This document shows, in pieces, positions 1 through 8,048 of a DNA stretch of 22,588 nt. The position numbers were made by a program, and so were the translations under genes. The notes beneath the pieces are model-generated. The model saw only the letters and a program-made list of their open reading frames with translations. It was not told the origin of the DNA and made no database searches. Origin of the DNA: Microcoleaceae cyanobacterium (GTDB lineage Bacteria; Cyanobacteriota; Cyanobacteriia; Cyanobacteriales; Microcoleaceae); contig JBOFUV010000144.1 of the NCBI GenBank assembly GCA_051652765.1, positions 1-22,588 of the forward strand. The letters are read 5' to 3'. Numbering within the stretch: position 1 is the stretch's first letter; every line of letters begins with the position of its first letter.

Positions 1-696
1 GTAGTAGGTATTAACCAGGGCTACATCCCCAATTCCAGCGGCAACGGCTTGAATCTGACTGGTGTCATTGCCTTCTGGGGGTCTGGCAAAGTTCGCCACT
101 AAACCCTTAGCCCATTTTTCGACATCAGCCGCTCCCTGGGTTTCAATCATTGATGCGACTAGGGACTGATTATAAATATTGCCAGAGGAACGAGTCAGGA
201 CTTTCCCCTTCCATTTAGACGTTGCTAAATCTTCATAGGTTGAGAGTTGGGCTGGATTAACCTTTGCCTTGTTGTACACAATCACCCGCGCCCGTTTAGA
301 GAGCCCAAACCAATGGTTTCCTGAATCTCGAAGACTTGCGGGAATAGCACTGGTTAATACTGAGGAGGAAATAGGCTGAAGCACCCCAGCTTGCTGAGTT
401 CGCCAGAGGTTGCCAGCATCAACTGTGATCAGCATATCTGCTGGACTGTTTGCCCCTTCACTTTTAATCCGTTCAACGAGTTCTTCCGCTTTGCCCTCAA
501 CAACGTTAACTTTGATGCCTGTCTTTTGAGTAAAGTTCGCAAAAATCTTTTTGTCGCTGTCATAGTGGCGGGCGGAGTAAACATTGACCACTTTGGGATT
601 GGCCACACTGTGCTGGCCCCGACCTAACTCTCCTAAGGTTACTGCCGCGATCGCGCCCCCACCAATTAAAAAACTACGCCTTGTGACTTTGTACAT
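1..696 (-). CDS. futA: Fe(III) ABC transporter periplasmic binding protein (FutA/IdiA family), 3'-truncated by window edge
   Basis: Manual translation from ATG at 696: MYKVTRRSFLIGGGAIAAV (twin-arginine signal), VVNVYSARHYDSD, and PPEGNDTSQIQAVAAGIGDVALVNTYY at the window edge (YY iron ligands). Absent from the ORF track because it runs off the window. Confidence 0.93.
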   Translation of the reverse strand, partial: MYKVTRRSFLIGGGAIAAVTLGELGRGQHSVANPKVVNVYSARHYDSDKKIFANFTQKTGIKVNVVEGKAEELVERIKSEGANSPADMLITVDAGNLWRTQQAGVLQPISSSVLTSAIPASLRDSGNHWFGLSKRARVIVYNKAKVNPAQLSTYEDLATSKWKGKVLTRSSGNIYNQSLVASMIETQGAADVEKWAKGLVANFARPPEGNDTSQIQAVAAGIGDVALVNTYY

Positions 697-775
697 CGTT
701 GCTTTTCTCTCCTAATTAATAACATCCAAAAGACTCCATAAGCTGATACCTCAGGAGTATTAGCCCTACTAACTT

Positions 776-794
776 AATGAAAGTGATTCCCAAT
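776..794. promoter_or_regulatory. Putative Fur box 1 upstream of futA
   Basis: AATGAAAGTGATTCCCAAT resembles the 9-1-9 palindrome ATTGAGAATnATTCTCAAT and lies ~80 bp upstream of an iron-uptake gene. Confidence 0.55.
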
Positions 795-831
795 TGCAGA
801 TGTTAAAGATTATTGTAACATGAAGACTGCT

Positions 832-850
832 ATTAAGAATTGTTCTTATT
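832..850. promoter_or_regulatory. Putative Fur box 2 upstream of futA
   Basis: ATTAAGAATTGTTCTTATT is an imperfect 9-1-9 palindrome (TAAGAA-N3-TTCTTA core) in the divergent intergenic region. Confidence 0.6.
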
Positions 851-980
851 TACTAGAAATTGATCACAAGCGTACCCCAATCAGTAAAGAGCCGCGACCC
901 AGAATCAAAGTCATGAGGGGAAGCTTGAGGAAGACACCCGACGGCATCGCGGTCAAAAAATTTGCTACCTTTTTGCTACC

Positions 981-1026
981 TTTCCGAAAAAAGGTAGCGC
1001 CACTTCAGAAACCTCTATAGAACAAC
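981..1026 (+). promoter_or_regulatory. Conserved upstream motif, copy A
   Basis: TTTCCGAAAAAAGGTAGCGCCACTTCAGAAACCTCTATAGAACAAC aligns without gaps to the copies at 1670, 2833 and 4007. Confidence 0.65.
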
Positions 1027-1073
1027 ACTCAATGAAGGTTTGGAAACGTAAAAAGGGTTGGAGGTGGAACACA

Positions 1074-1238
1074 ATGAATATTCGGTGGAAAAAACTGCTG
1101 ATCCAAGGCGCAATTTGGTTGGTATCAGAGTTAATTTTGAATTTGGCTGGTTTAGATAACTTAGCAGACTACAGCGAAATTGTCTTTGAGCAACATCCAG
1201 CGATTATTTTTTCTCAATTTAGAGTTTGCCAAGTCTAG
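1074..1238 (+). CDS. Small (54 aa) putative membrane protein, cyanobacterial hypothetical
   Basis: GGAGG RBS at 1060-1064 before ATG 1074. Basic N-terminus, hydrophobic helix (LLIQGAIWLVSELILNLAGL), then LDNLADYSE. The ORF-track start at 1032 is probably too far upstream. Confidence 0.7.
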   Translation: MNIRWKKLLIQGAIWLVSELILNLAGLDNLADYSEIVFEQHPAIIFSQFRVCQV

Positions 1239-1355
1239 CTAGAGGAAGGCAAGTGAACTCTGTTTAAATAATCCCAGGTCTGAAGTTTTAATCTAAAGTT
1301 TTAATCTGAAGTGTTGAGAGATGAAGTTTATCAGTTAATTCATGGAGCTAGCGTA

Positions 1356-1556
1356 ATGATGAAACTTGGTCAAATATTGATTCAGAGGAACTTGATTACT
1401 TCATCGCAACTAATGGCAACAGTTGAGCTTCAGGTTTCATGCCCTATGAGAGTTGGAGAACTTCTATTAATACAGGGATTCATTCAAGAAGATGACCTAC
1501 AACAAGCTTTAAAAGAGCAATATTGGCGACGCAATGGATTCTGGGTGATTGATTAA
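1356..1556 (+). CDS. Stand-alone MshEN-like (GSPII_N-type) putative c-di-GMP-binding protein
   Basis: Two 24-aa motifs, KLGQILIQRNLITSSQLMATVELQ and RVGELLLIQGFIQEDDLQQALKEQ, separated by 5 aa, match the MshEN tandem RLGxxLxxxGxIxxxxLxxxLxxQ pattern. GGAG at 1344-1347 precedes ATG 1356/1359. Confidence 0.78.
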   Translation: MMKLGQILIQRNLITSSQLMATVELQVSCPMRVGELLLIQGFIQEDDLQQALKEQYWRRNGFWVID

Positions 1557-1593
1557 AATTAAACAATTAAACAATTAAAAGTCTTGAAATTGT

Positions 1594-1637
1594 TCAGCAG
1601 GTTGTCTTGTAACCAAGATTAACTTGCTGATTTTTTT
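1594..1637 (+). terminator. Rho-independent terminator
   Basis: TCAGCAGGTT-GTCTTG/CAAGAT-TAACTTGCTGA hairpin followed by T7, just downstream of the MshEN gene. Confidence 0.7.
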
Positions 1638-1669
1638 GTCTTCGATTGCCAGAAGAATTTTTTTGTGAT

Positions 1670-1715
1670 TTTTCGAAAAAAACTAACGTTACTCCAGAAA
1701 CCTTAGTAGAACAAC
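1670..1715 (+). promoter_or_regulatory. Conserved upstream motif, copy B
   Basis: TTTTCGAAAAAAACTAACGTTACTCCAGAAACCTTAGTAGAACAAC ends 27 bp before ATG 1743. Confidence 0.65.
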
Positions 1716-1742
1716 TCACTTGAAACTACAAGGAGAACCAAA

Positions 1743-2693
1743 ATGGCGACGATCGGCCCACCCCCACCCCCACCATCTGCAAGCGAGTTAATTACGCCTA
1801 CATCCCCTTTCCCCCGACGGACAACTCATGGCGCTGACACTGTATATGCTCATGGTGGGGATGATACGGTCAGAGGTGGCGGCGGCAACGACTTGATCGA
1901 GGGTGGCTCAGGCAATGACAGTTTGCTCGGTGAGGCTGGACGAGACACAATCTATGGCGGTACTGGCACTGACAAACTTTATGGAGGGCCAGACAACGAT
2001 CATCTTGATGGCGGTACTGTTGACAGCTTCGATACTAGCAACGACACCCTTTATGGAGAGGGAGGGAGTGATTTTCTGTGGGGGGGGAGCGGTAAGGATT
2101 ATCTCTCTGGCGGAGATAATAACGACACTGTGAGAGGTCATGATAATGATGACAAGCTATTCGGTGGATCTGGTAATGACAGTTTGCTGGGTGAGAATGG
2201 CAACGATAACCTCCAAGGTGAAGCAGGTAGTGACAGCCTGTATGGGGGTTTTGGCAATGACGTGTTCAATGGCGGTTCTGAGAATGACTTCCTGTGGGGC
2301 GGAGGAGAGAACGATTTCCTGATTGGGTACAACGGCACAGACAAGCTGTATGGAGAGGATGGTAACGATACGTTAAACGGGCAAGCAGGCAACGATACTC
2401 TCACAGGCGGTGCAGGCGCAGATCAGTTCAAGTTTGAGGCTCTTTCAAATAAGGTTGATACAATCACAGACTTTGAATTCTCTCAAAGTGATTTTGTTGT
2501 TATTGTGAAATCAGGGTTTGGGGCAACTTCGTTGACTCAATTCACATCTGTATACAATTCATCCTCTCAGATCGACAGTCTGTACTTTGATGCATCTCCA
2601 ACGGATGGGGTTGCTCCTGTATTGGTTGCTCAATTTACAAACATGCCAAACGACGATGCTTTCATTCCTTCATTGGATATTCAGCTAATTTAG
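1743..2693 (+). CDS. RTX/hemolysin-type calcium-binding repeat protein 1
   Basis: Many GGxGxDxLx nonapeptides, Pro-rich N-terminus, no Sec signal, C-terminal DTITDF motif; AGGAG RBS. Confidence 0.92.
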   Translation: MATIGPPPPPPSASELITPTSPFPRRTTHGADTVYAHGGDDTVRGGGGNDLIEGGSGNDSLLGEAGRDTIYGGTGTDKLYGGPDNDHLDGGTVDSFDTSNDTLYGEGGSDFLWGGSGKDYLSGGDNNDTVRGHDNDDKLFGGSGNDSLLGENGNDNLQGEAGSDSLYGGFGNDVFNGGSENDFLWGGGENDFLIGYNGTDKLYGEDGNDTLNGQAGNDTLTGGAGADQFKFEALSNKVDTITDFEFSQSDFVVIVKSGFGATSLTQFTSVYNSSSQIDSLYFDASPTDGVAPVLVAQFTNMPNDDAFIPSLDIQLI

Positions 2694-2751
2694 ACAATGA
2701 ATGAATTGGGCTTGGCTAACATAATCAGGTTGTAATTACAAACTTTTTCTG

Positions 2752-2798
2752 AAGCGATCGCACTAATTCCTCGAGGAAAAGTGCGATCGCTTTCTCTT
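2752..2798 (+). terminator. HIP1-containing hairpin, probable terminator
   Basis: AAGCGATCGCACT ... AGTGCGATCGCTT inverted repeat built from two HIP1 sites, followed by a T-rich tract. Confidence 0.55.
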
Positions 2799-2832
2799 AA
2801 AGTCTAAAGGCTGCTGATAAAAGTTTTTCAAT

Positions 2833-2878
2833 TTTCCGAAAAAAACTGGCGCTACTTCAGAAACCTTAGTAGAACAAC
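2833..2878 (+). promoter_or_regulatory. Conserved upstream motif, copy C
   Basis: TTTCCGAAAAAAACTGGCGCTACTTCAGAAACCTTAGTAGAACAAC ends 28 bp before ATG 2907. Confidence 0.65.
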
Positions 2879-2906
2879 TCACTTGAAACTATAAGGAAGA
2901 ACCAAA

Positions 2907-3869
2907 ATGACAGCTCCTGGATTTGGATTTGGACCACCTGGATTTGGACCACCTGGAGACGACTTAATTACACCTACCAGCCCTTTACCCTTACGTACAA
3001 CCAATAACGCTGATACAGTACAGGCCCTTGGTGGGGCTGATACAGTCAGAGGCGGCGGCGGTAACGACTGGCTCGAGGGTAACTCAGGCAATGACAGTTT
3101 GCTTGGTGAGGCTGGACTGGATAGCCTTTATGGTGGTACTGGCGCTGACAAACTTTATGGAGGGCCAGACAACGATTATCTCGATGGCGGTACTGTTGAC
3201 AGCTTCGATACTAGCAACGACACCCTTTATGGAGAGGGAGGGAGTGATTTTCTGTGGGGGGGGAGCGGTGTGGATTGGCTCAATGGCGGAGACAACAATG
3301 ACACTGTGAGAGGTCATGATAATGATGACAAGCTATTCGGTGGATCTGGTAATGACAGCTTGCTGGGTGAGAATGGCAACGACAACCTCCAAGGTGAAGG
3401 AGGTAGTGACAGCCTATATGGTGATGCTGGCAATGACGTGTTCAATGGCGGCCCTGGCAATGATTTCATCTGGGGTGGAGGAGATAACGATTTCCTGATT
3501 GGGTACAACGGCACAGATAAGCTGTATGGAGAGGATGGTAACGATACGTTAAACGGGCAAGCAGGCAACGATACACTTACAGGCGGTGCAGGCGCAGATC
3601 AGTTCAAGTTCGAGGCTCTTTCAAATAAGGTTGATACAATCACAGACTTTGAATTCTCTCAAAGTGATTTTGTTGTTATTGTGAAATCAGGGTTTGGGGC
3701 AACTTCTCTTGCTCAATTCACATCTGTATTCAATTCATCCTCTCAGATCGACAGTCTGTACTTTGATGTTTCTCCAACTGACGGAGTTGCTCCTGTATTG
3801 GTTGCTCAATTTACAAACATGCCAAACGACGATGCTTTCATTCCTTCATTGGATATTCAGCTAATTTAG
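2907..3869 (+). CDS. RTX/hemolysin-type calcium-binding repeat protein 2 (paralogue of 1743..2693)
   Basis: GGxGxD repeats; C-terminal part nearly identical to protein 1; different N-terminus (PGFGFGPPGFGPPG). Confidence 0.92.
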   Translation: MTAPGFGFGPPGFGPPGDDLITPTSPLPLRTTNNADTVQALGGADTVRGGGGNDWLEGNSGNDSLLGEAGLDSLYGGTGADKLYGGPDNDYLDGGTVDSFDTSNDTLYGEGGSDFLWGGSGVDWLNGGDNNDTVRGHDNDDKLFGGSGNDSLLGENGNDNLQGEGGSDSLYGDAGNDVFNGGPGNDFIWGGGDNDFLIGYNGTDKLYGEDGNDTLNGQAGNDTLTGGAGADQFKFEALSNKVDTITDFEFSQSDFVVIVKSGFGATSLAQFTSVFNSSSQIDSLYFDVSPTDGVAPVLVAQFTNMPNDDAFIPSLDIQLI

Positions 3870-3926
3870 ACAATGAAGGAATCAGGCTTAGCTAGCATAA
3901 CCAAGTTGTAATTACAAACTTTTTCT

Positions 3927-3970
3927 AAAGTGATCGCACTTTTCCAAAGCATAAGTGCGATCGCTTTCTC
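3927..3970 (+). terminator. HIP1-containing hairpin, second copy
   Basis: AAAGTGATCGCACTT ... AAGTGCGATCGCTTT inverted repeat downstream of RTX gene 2. Confidence 0.5.
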
Positions 3971-4006
3971 TTAAAGTCTAAAGGCTGCTGATAAAAGTTT
4001 TTCAAT

Positions 4007-4050
4007 TTTCCGAAAAAAACTGGCGCTACTTCAGAAACCTAGATAGAACA
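4007..4050 (+). promoter_or_regulatory. Conserved upstream motif, copy D
   Basis: TTTCCGAAAAAAACTGGCGCTACTTCAGAAACCTAGATAGAACA lies ~20 bp before ATG 4073. Confidence 0.65.
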
Positions 4051-4072
4051 CAGTTCAATATGGGAACAGAGC

Positions 4073-7000
4073 ATGAATACACTGAACCTTAGCCCCAACA
4101 GTCTAACTCTTGACTACTCTAGTCAGCCTTTAATTGGCGTGATTGATACAGGTTTCAATGAAGACAACCCAGATATTGATATTTCAAGAGTTCAGTTGGG
4201 AGGGGACTACGTCGATGGCGATCATCATCCTTTACTTCCAACAGGAACTGAGTCTGAACATGGCACGCAAATCCTAAATGTTATTGGAGCAACTCAGAAT
4301 AACGGCATTGGCATTGATGGTGTTAACGATGAAGCGCCTCTATGGATCAGTCGTGCTGTTGGTTCAGGTCAATGGGCCGCGTCTTTAGTCGAGTTTGTAG
4401 AAGCAGCCAAAGCCTCTGGGCAACCCAATGCCGTGGTTAACCTCAGTTTTGATCTGACTCAGGTTAATCCAGACGGTGCCATCACAACTCGATCTGAACT
4501 CACTTCTGAGGAAAAAGCGGCTCTAGACTATGCCCGTCAACACGGTGTTCTGATCGTGGCTGCTGCGGGGAATCAAGCAGGTGAGATTTCGGCTCTGGGT
4601 TCCGCCTCTCAAGAATTTGACAATATTATTACGGTCGGTACTGCCAATGGTTCAGGGCGGGCCGATTATTCAAGTTACGGCGAGGGCTTAACGTTACTGA
4701 CCCACAGTGACACCGGAACTTCAGTTGCGGCGGCTCGAGTTACAGGCATACTTTCTCAAGTCTGGGCAACGAATCCTCAACTCTCCTATCATCAGGTTGT
4801 AGAACTTCTTAAAACCACCGCTACAGATTTGAATACCCTGGGATGGGATGCTGAAACAGGTGTTGGGATGCTCAATCCAGAAGCCGCCATGAATCTAGCC
4901 GTCGCTACAATACCTGTTCTCTATGAAGTTCCAACAGGATTGGTTGCTCCCCAATTTGATTCTCAGACTTCACAAAATCTAGGAACTGAACGCCCGCTGC
5001 TCTTCGGGTTTATTGAAGATGCTATTGAAGATGCTGGTAATTTCATTGGAGATACTGTTGAAACTGCTGTTGACACGGTTGAAAGTGCCACTGAGCTTGT
5101 AGCTGAAACTGCCAGTGATTTTGTGGAAACTGCTGTTAATACTGTTGAAAGTACAACTGAATTTGTAGCTGAAACTGCTGTTAACATCGGTGAAGTTGCT
5201 GTTGACACGGTTGCAAGTACAACTGAATTTGTAGCTGGAACTGTCAGTGATTTTGTGGAAATTGCTGTTGATGTTGTCGATGGAGCCATTGACATAGCAG
5301 ATGATTTTGTTGACGAATTTGGTGGCGTTGTAGATGGGGTAACTGATGCGGCAGGGGATATTGCAGACGTGATCTTGGATGCTGCGGGAGACGTTACAGA
5401 TGGAGTATTTGGCTTTGTTGGCCTTGACTCCCTGGGCGCATCAATTAATCATGTTTTTGATCGCGTGGGTGATGGCTTAAATACGGCATTTGACTATACA
5501 GGTGATGGTTTAGAAATAGTTGCTGGGTTGGTTGGAGATACAATCCTCGGTCGTCTGGAACGGGAGATTCAATGGATTCAGGAATTTCCAGAGCGAATTG
5601 AACGGTTTGGAGAAGGGTTCTGGGATGACTTTTGGAACAATGAAGGCGGTTTCTGGACAAACTTTGGGGAGTGGCTCGGAACAAATGCAGTTAATGCGGC
5701 TGAAGTTGCTGGGATTCCTGATACTGCTGAGACTATCGCCAGTCAATTTAAACTGAATACTCGGTCATTAACGAATGAAGAAATTGAGATTGCTCGCAGT
5801 GTATTTGGAGATTCAATTAATTACAGCCTGGTGCGAATTGATGAATGGTCAATTTCAGTTCCGATTGCCCGAGTGATCGATGGAGCTGATAGAAATCGAC
5901 CCTACACAACGTTCCATACCATTAATACTTGGGGAGGGATGAGCGATGCAACCCTGATTCATGAATTAACCCATGTTTGGCAATATGAAAATGAAGGCGC
6001 AATTTATATTCCAGAGGCGATCGCCGCCCAGAACTCAGACGCAGGATATGACTATGGCGGAGTCACTGAACTGCAAAATCAGATGAATTCAGGTGAAGGT
6101 TTAATGAGCTTCAATCGGGAACAACAAGCCCACATTGTAGAAGACTATTACGATATCCGAGAAGATGACTCAAATGACGTTAACTTACCAACCTACACCC
6201 ACTTCGTTCAAGAAGTTTCTACCTTATCAATTGAGGAGCTAAATGCAGATAGTAATATCAGTTTAACAGTTCATAGTCTAGGGGTTTCTGACGAATCTCT
6301 TGATGAATCTCTTGATGAATCCTCTGAAGAAGTACTGGAAGATTTTGACACCTTCAATCTTGAAGCTGAAGCAGTTTTTGTAGAAGATATTGCTAATGGT
6401 TTCCCTGAAACTTCAAATGACATTGAACAGAGTCAGGAACAAGTTTCTAATCGCACTGAAACTCCTGAAATATCTGAACCCGAAGCGGAATCTGAAACAG
6501 TTGAAAATTCTGAAGAATTAGTTGGGGAAGAAGGTCGGGGAAGCGAAGCGGAAGCAGAGCCTGAATCTGTTGATAATAGCACTGTTGATGACTCTAATAA
6601 TGACTCTAAAAATCAACCCAATTCTCAACCTGTTGAGCCCGAAGAATTGCCAGAAGAAATAGCAGAAACTCGGGATGACCCTTCAGAAGACCCTGAAGCA
6701 GCCTTGGATCGCCTAGAAGATGGCCCTGTAGAGGACGATTCTGAGAGCCAGAATCAAGATGAAATCTTAGACGATTTAGAAGAAACAGTTGATGATGGAG
6801 AAGACCGTTCTGGCAATCCAACGAGAGAGGAACGTGATGGAGAATCGGACGAAGAAACCGAACTTGAAGATGCAGTCGGCACTCCAAAAGGTCAGGATCA
6901 AACTGAGGTTTCCAACGAACCTGGGGCTGAACCTGAACTTGATGACGATGAAGTTTTAGATGACTCAGAAGACGTTCCTGAAGGCCGCAGTGGGGATGAA

Positions 7001-7795
7001 TCCGCCAAGGAATCAGATTTGGAGGATGCCGAAGACTCCTCTGAACCAGCCTCTGAACCAAACCCTGAACCGACTCCTGAACCAGAAGTGGGCGATCGCT
7101 CTCCTGAACCTATAGATCAGGAACCTGAAGATTTGCCTGGAGAACAAGTTGGCCCGGTTCGCAGTGAACCCAGCTTAGGGACTCCCAATTTAGGGACTCC
7201 CAACTTAGGGACTGAGGAGAATGACACGTTAAGTGGAGATGAGGGAGAGGATACCTTCATGGGGCTTGCGGGGGATGATACCATCAGCGGCCTTGCTGAT
7301 AACGACTGGCTGGGGGGCAACCAGGGGAATGATTGGGTGAATGGTGGAGAAAGTCAGGATGCCCTGTACGGGGGTCGGGATGATGACACTCTCCTCGGAA
7401 ATGGTGGGGATGATGTGGTCTATGGCGATCGCGGCAATGACACCCTCTCTGGGGTAGATGTTGAGGCGGCCAATCCTGGAGCGGGGGAAGTAGATACCCT
7501 GACCGGGGGTGCAGGGAATGACAGGTTTGTGCTAGGAGATGGGGTTCAGGTGTATTACAACGGTGCAGCCGGGGAAGATTATGGGTTGGTTACGGATTTT
7601 GTCTTGGGTGAGGATGTGATTCAGTTGAGGGGGGCGGCGGCTGATTATGAATTGGTTACTAACCCTGAAGGATTGCCAACGGGGGTTGGGATTTTCTACC
7701 AAGCCGCAGGGGAGAGTGAATTGATTGGGATTGTGCAGGGAGAGTCGGGTCTAACGTTGAATAGCGAGGCGTTTAGTTTTGTCAGCTTTACATAA
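4073..7795 (+). CDS. Multidomain secreted protein: S8 (subtilase) peptidase + amphipathic repeats + HExxH zincin-like (DUF4157-like) domain + acidic linker + RTX repeats
   Basis: S8 motifs VIDTG, HGTQI, AAAGN, GTSVAA; repeated VETAVDTVES segments; RSLTNEEIEIARSVFG...LIHELTHVWQY...REQQA; long D/E/P-rich tract; C-terminal GGxGxD repeats. Confidence 0.88.
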   Translation: MNTLNLSPNSLTLDYSSQPLIGVIDTGFNEDNPDIDISRVQLGGDYVDGDHHPLLPTGTESEHGTQILNVIGATQNNGIGIDGVNDEAPLWISRAVGSGQWAASLVEFVEAAKASGQPNAVVNLSFDLTQVNPDGAITTRSELTSEEKAALDYARQHGVLIVAAAGNQAGEISALGSASQEFDNIITVGTANGSGRADYSSYGEGLTLLTHSDTGTSVAAARVTGILSQVWATNPQLSYHQVVELLKTTATDLNTLGWDAETGVGMLNPEAAMNLAVATIPVLYEVPTGLVAPQFDSQTSQNLGTERPLLFGFIEDAIEDAGNFIGDTVETAVDTVESATELVAETASDFVETAVNTVESTTEFVAETAVNIGEVAVDTVASTTEFVAGTVSDFVEIAVDVVDGAIDIADDFVDEFGGVVDGVTDAAGDIADVILDAAGDVTDGVFGFVGLDSLGASINHVFDRVGDGLNTAFDYTGDGLEIVAGLVGDTILGRLEREIQWIQEFPERIERFGEGFWDDFWNNEGGFWTNFGEWLGTNAVNAAEVAGIPDTAETIASQFKLNTRSLTNEEIEIARSVFGDSINYSLVRIDEWSISVPIARVIDGADRNRPYTTFHTINTWGGMSDATLIHELTHVWQYENEGAIYIPEAIAAQNSDAGYDYGGVTELQNQMNSGEGLMSFNREQQAHIVEDYYDIREDDSNDVNLPTYTHFVQEVSTLSIEELNADSNISLTVHSLGVSDESLDESLDESSEEVLEDFDTFNLEAEAVFVEDIANGFPETSNDIEQSQEQVSNRTETPEISEPEAESETVENSEELVGEEGRGSEAEAEPESVDNSTVDDSNNDSKNQPNSQPVEPEELPEEIAETRDDPSEDPEAALDRLEDGPVEDDSESQNQDEILDDLEETVDDGEDRSGNPTREERDGESDEETELEDAVGTPKGQDQTEVSNEPGAEPELDDDEVLDDSEDVPEGRSGDESAKESDLEDAEDSSEPASEPNPEPTPEPEVGDRSPEPIDQEPEDLPGEQVGPVRSEPSLGTPNLGTPNLGTEENDTLSGDEGEDTFMGLAGDDTISGLADNDWLGGNQGNDWVNGGESQDALYGGRDDDTLLGNGGDDVVYGDRGNDTLSGVDVEAANPGAGEVDTLTGGAGNDRFVLGDGVQVYYNGAAGEDYGLVTDFVLGEDVIQLRGAAADYELVTNPEGLPTGVGIFYQAAGESELIGIVQGESGLTLNSEAFSFVSFT

Positions 7796-8048
7796 CACCC
7801 CCTAATGTGAAGCTTTCTCTCTGGTTTTGAAAGAGTTGATAAAGGGGGTTGCTCGTTTGGGGGTTAGGCTGAATACTGTAGGAAGGAACAAACAAATTTG
7901 ATGGATGAGCGGGCCTTCTGCATAGAGTTAAGGGATGAGGAACGGGAAGGCCAATTTCAAAACTAGTGATACGAGCTTCAGGGTGAGTTGAATCGAACGA
8001 CAGGAACTCGAAGTTAACAATTTTTTTAGTTATTGGAGATTAGTGAAT

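Larger units (their letters stand above)
1670..4050 (+). repeat. Tandem duplication of a ~1.17-kb unit (upstream motif + RTX gene + downstream hairpin)
   Basis: Units 1670-2832 and 2833-4006 are highly similar in both coding and intergenic parts; a third copy of the upstream motif starts at 4007. Confidence 0.92.

Noticed and set aside
391..627. 78-aa plus-strand ORF
   Set aside because: Antisense shadow of futA.
820..1020. 66-aa ORF in the divergent intergenic region
   Set aside because: No RBS or recognisable motif; overlaps a Fur-like box and the conserved upstream motif.
1903..7320. Short alternative-frame and antisense ORFs within the RTX and protease genes
   Set aside because: By-products of repetitive coding sequence; they are duplicated along with their host genes.
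7800..8040. Riboswitch (e.g. c-di-GMP-I) upstream of the PEP-CTERM genes
   Set aside because: Only a short GGCCTTC/GAAGGCC inverted repeat is visible and I could not match a known riboswitch consensus; an Rfam scan would settle it.
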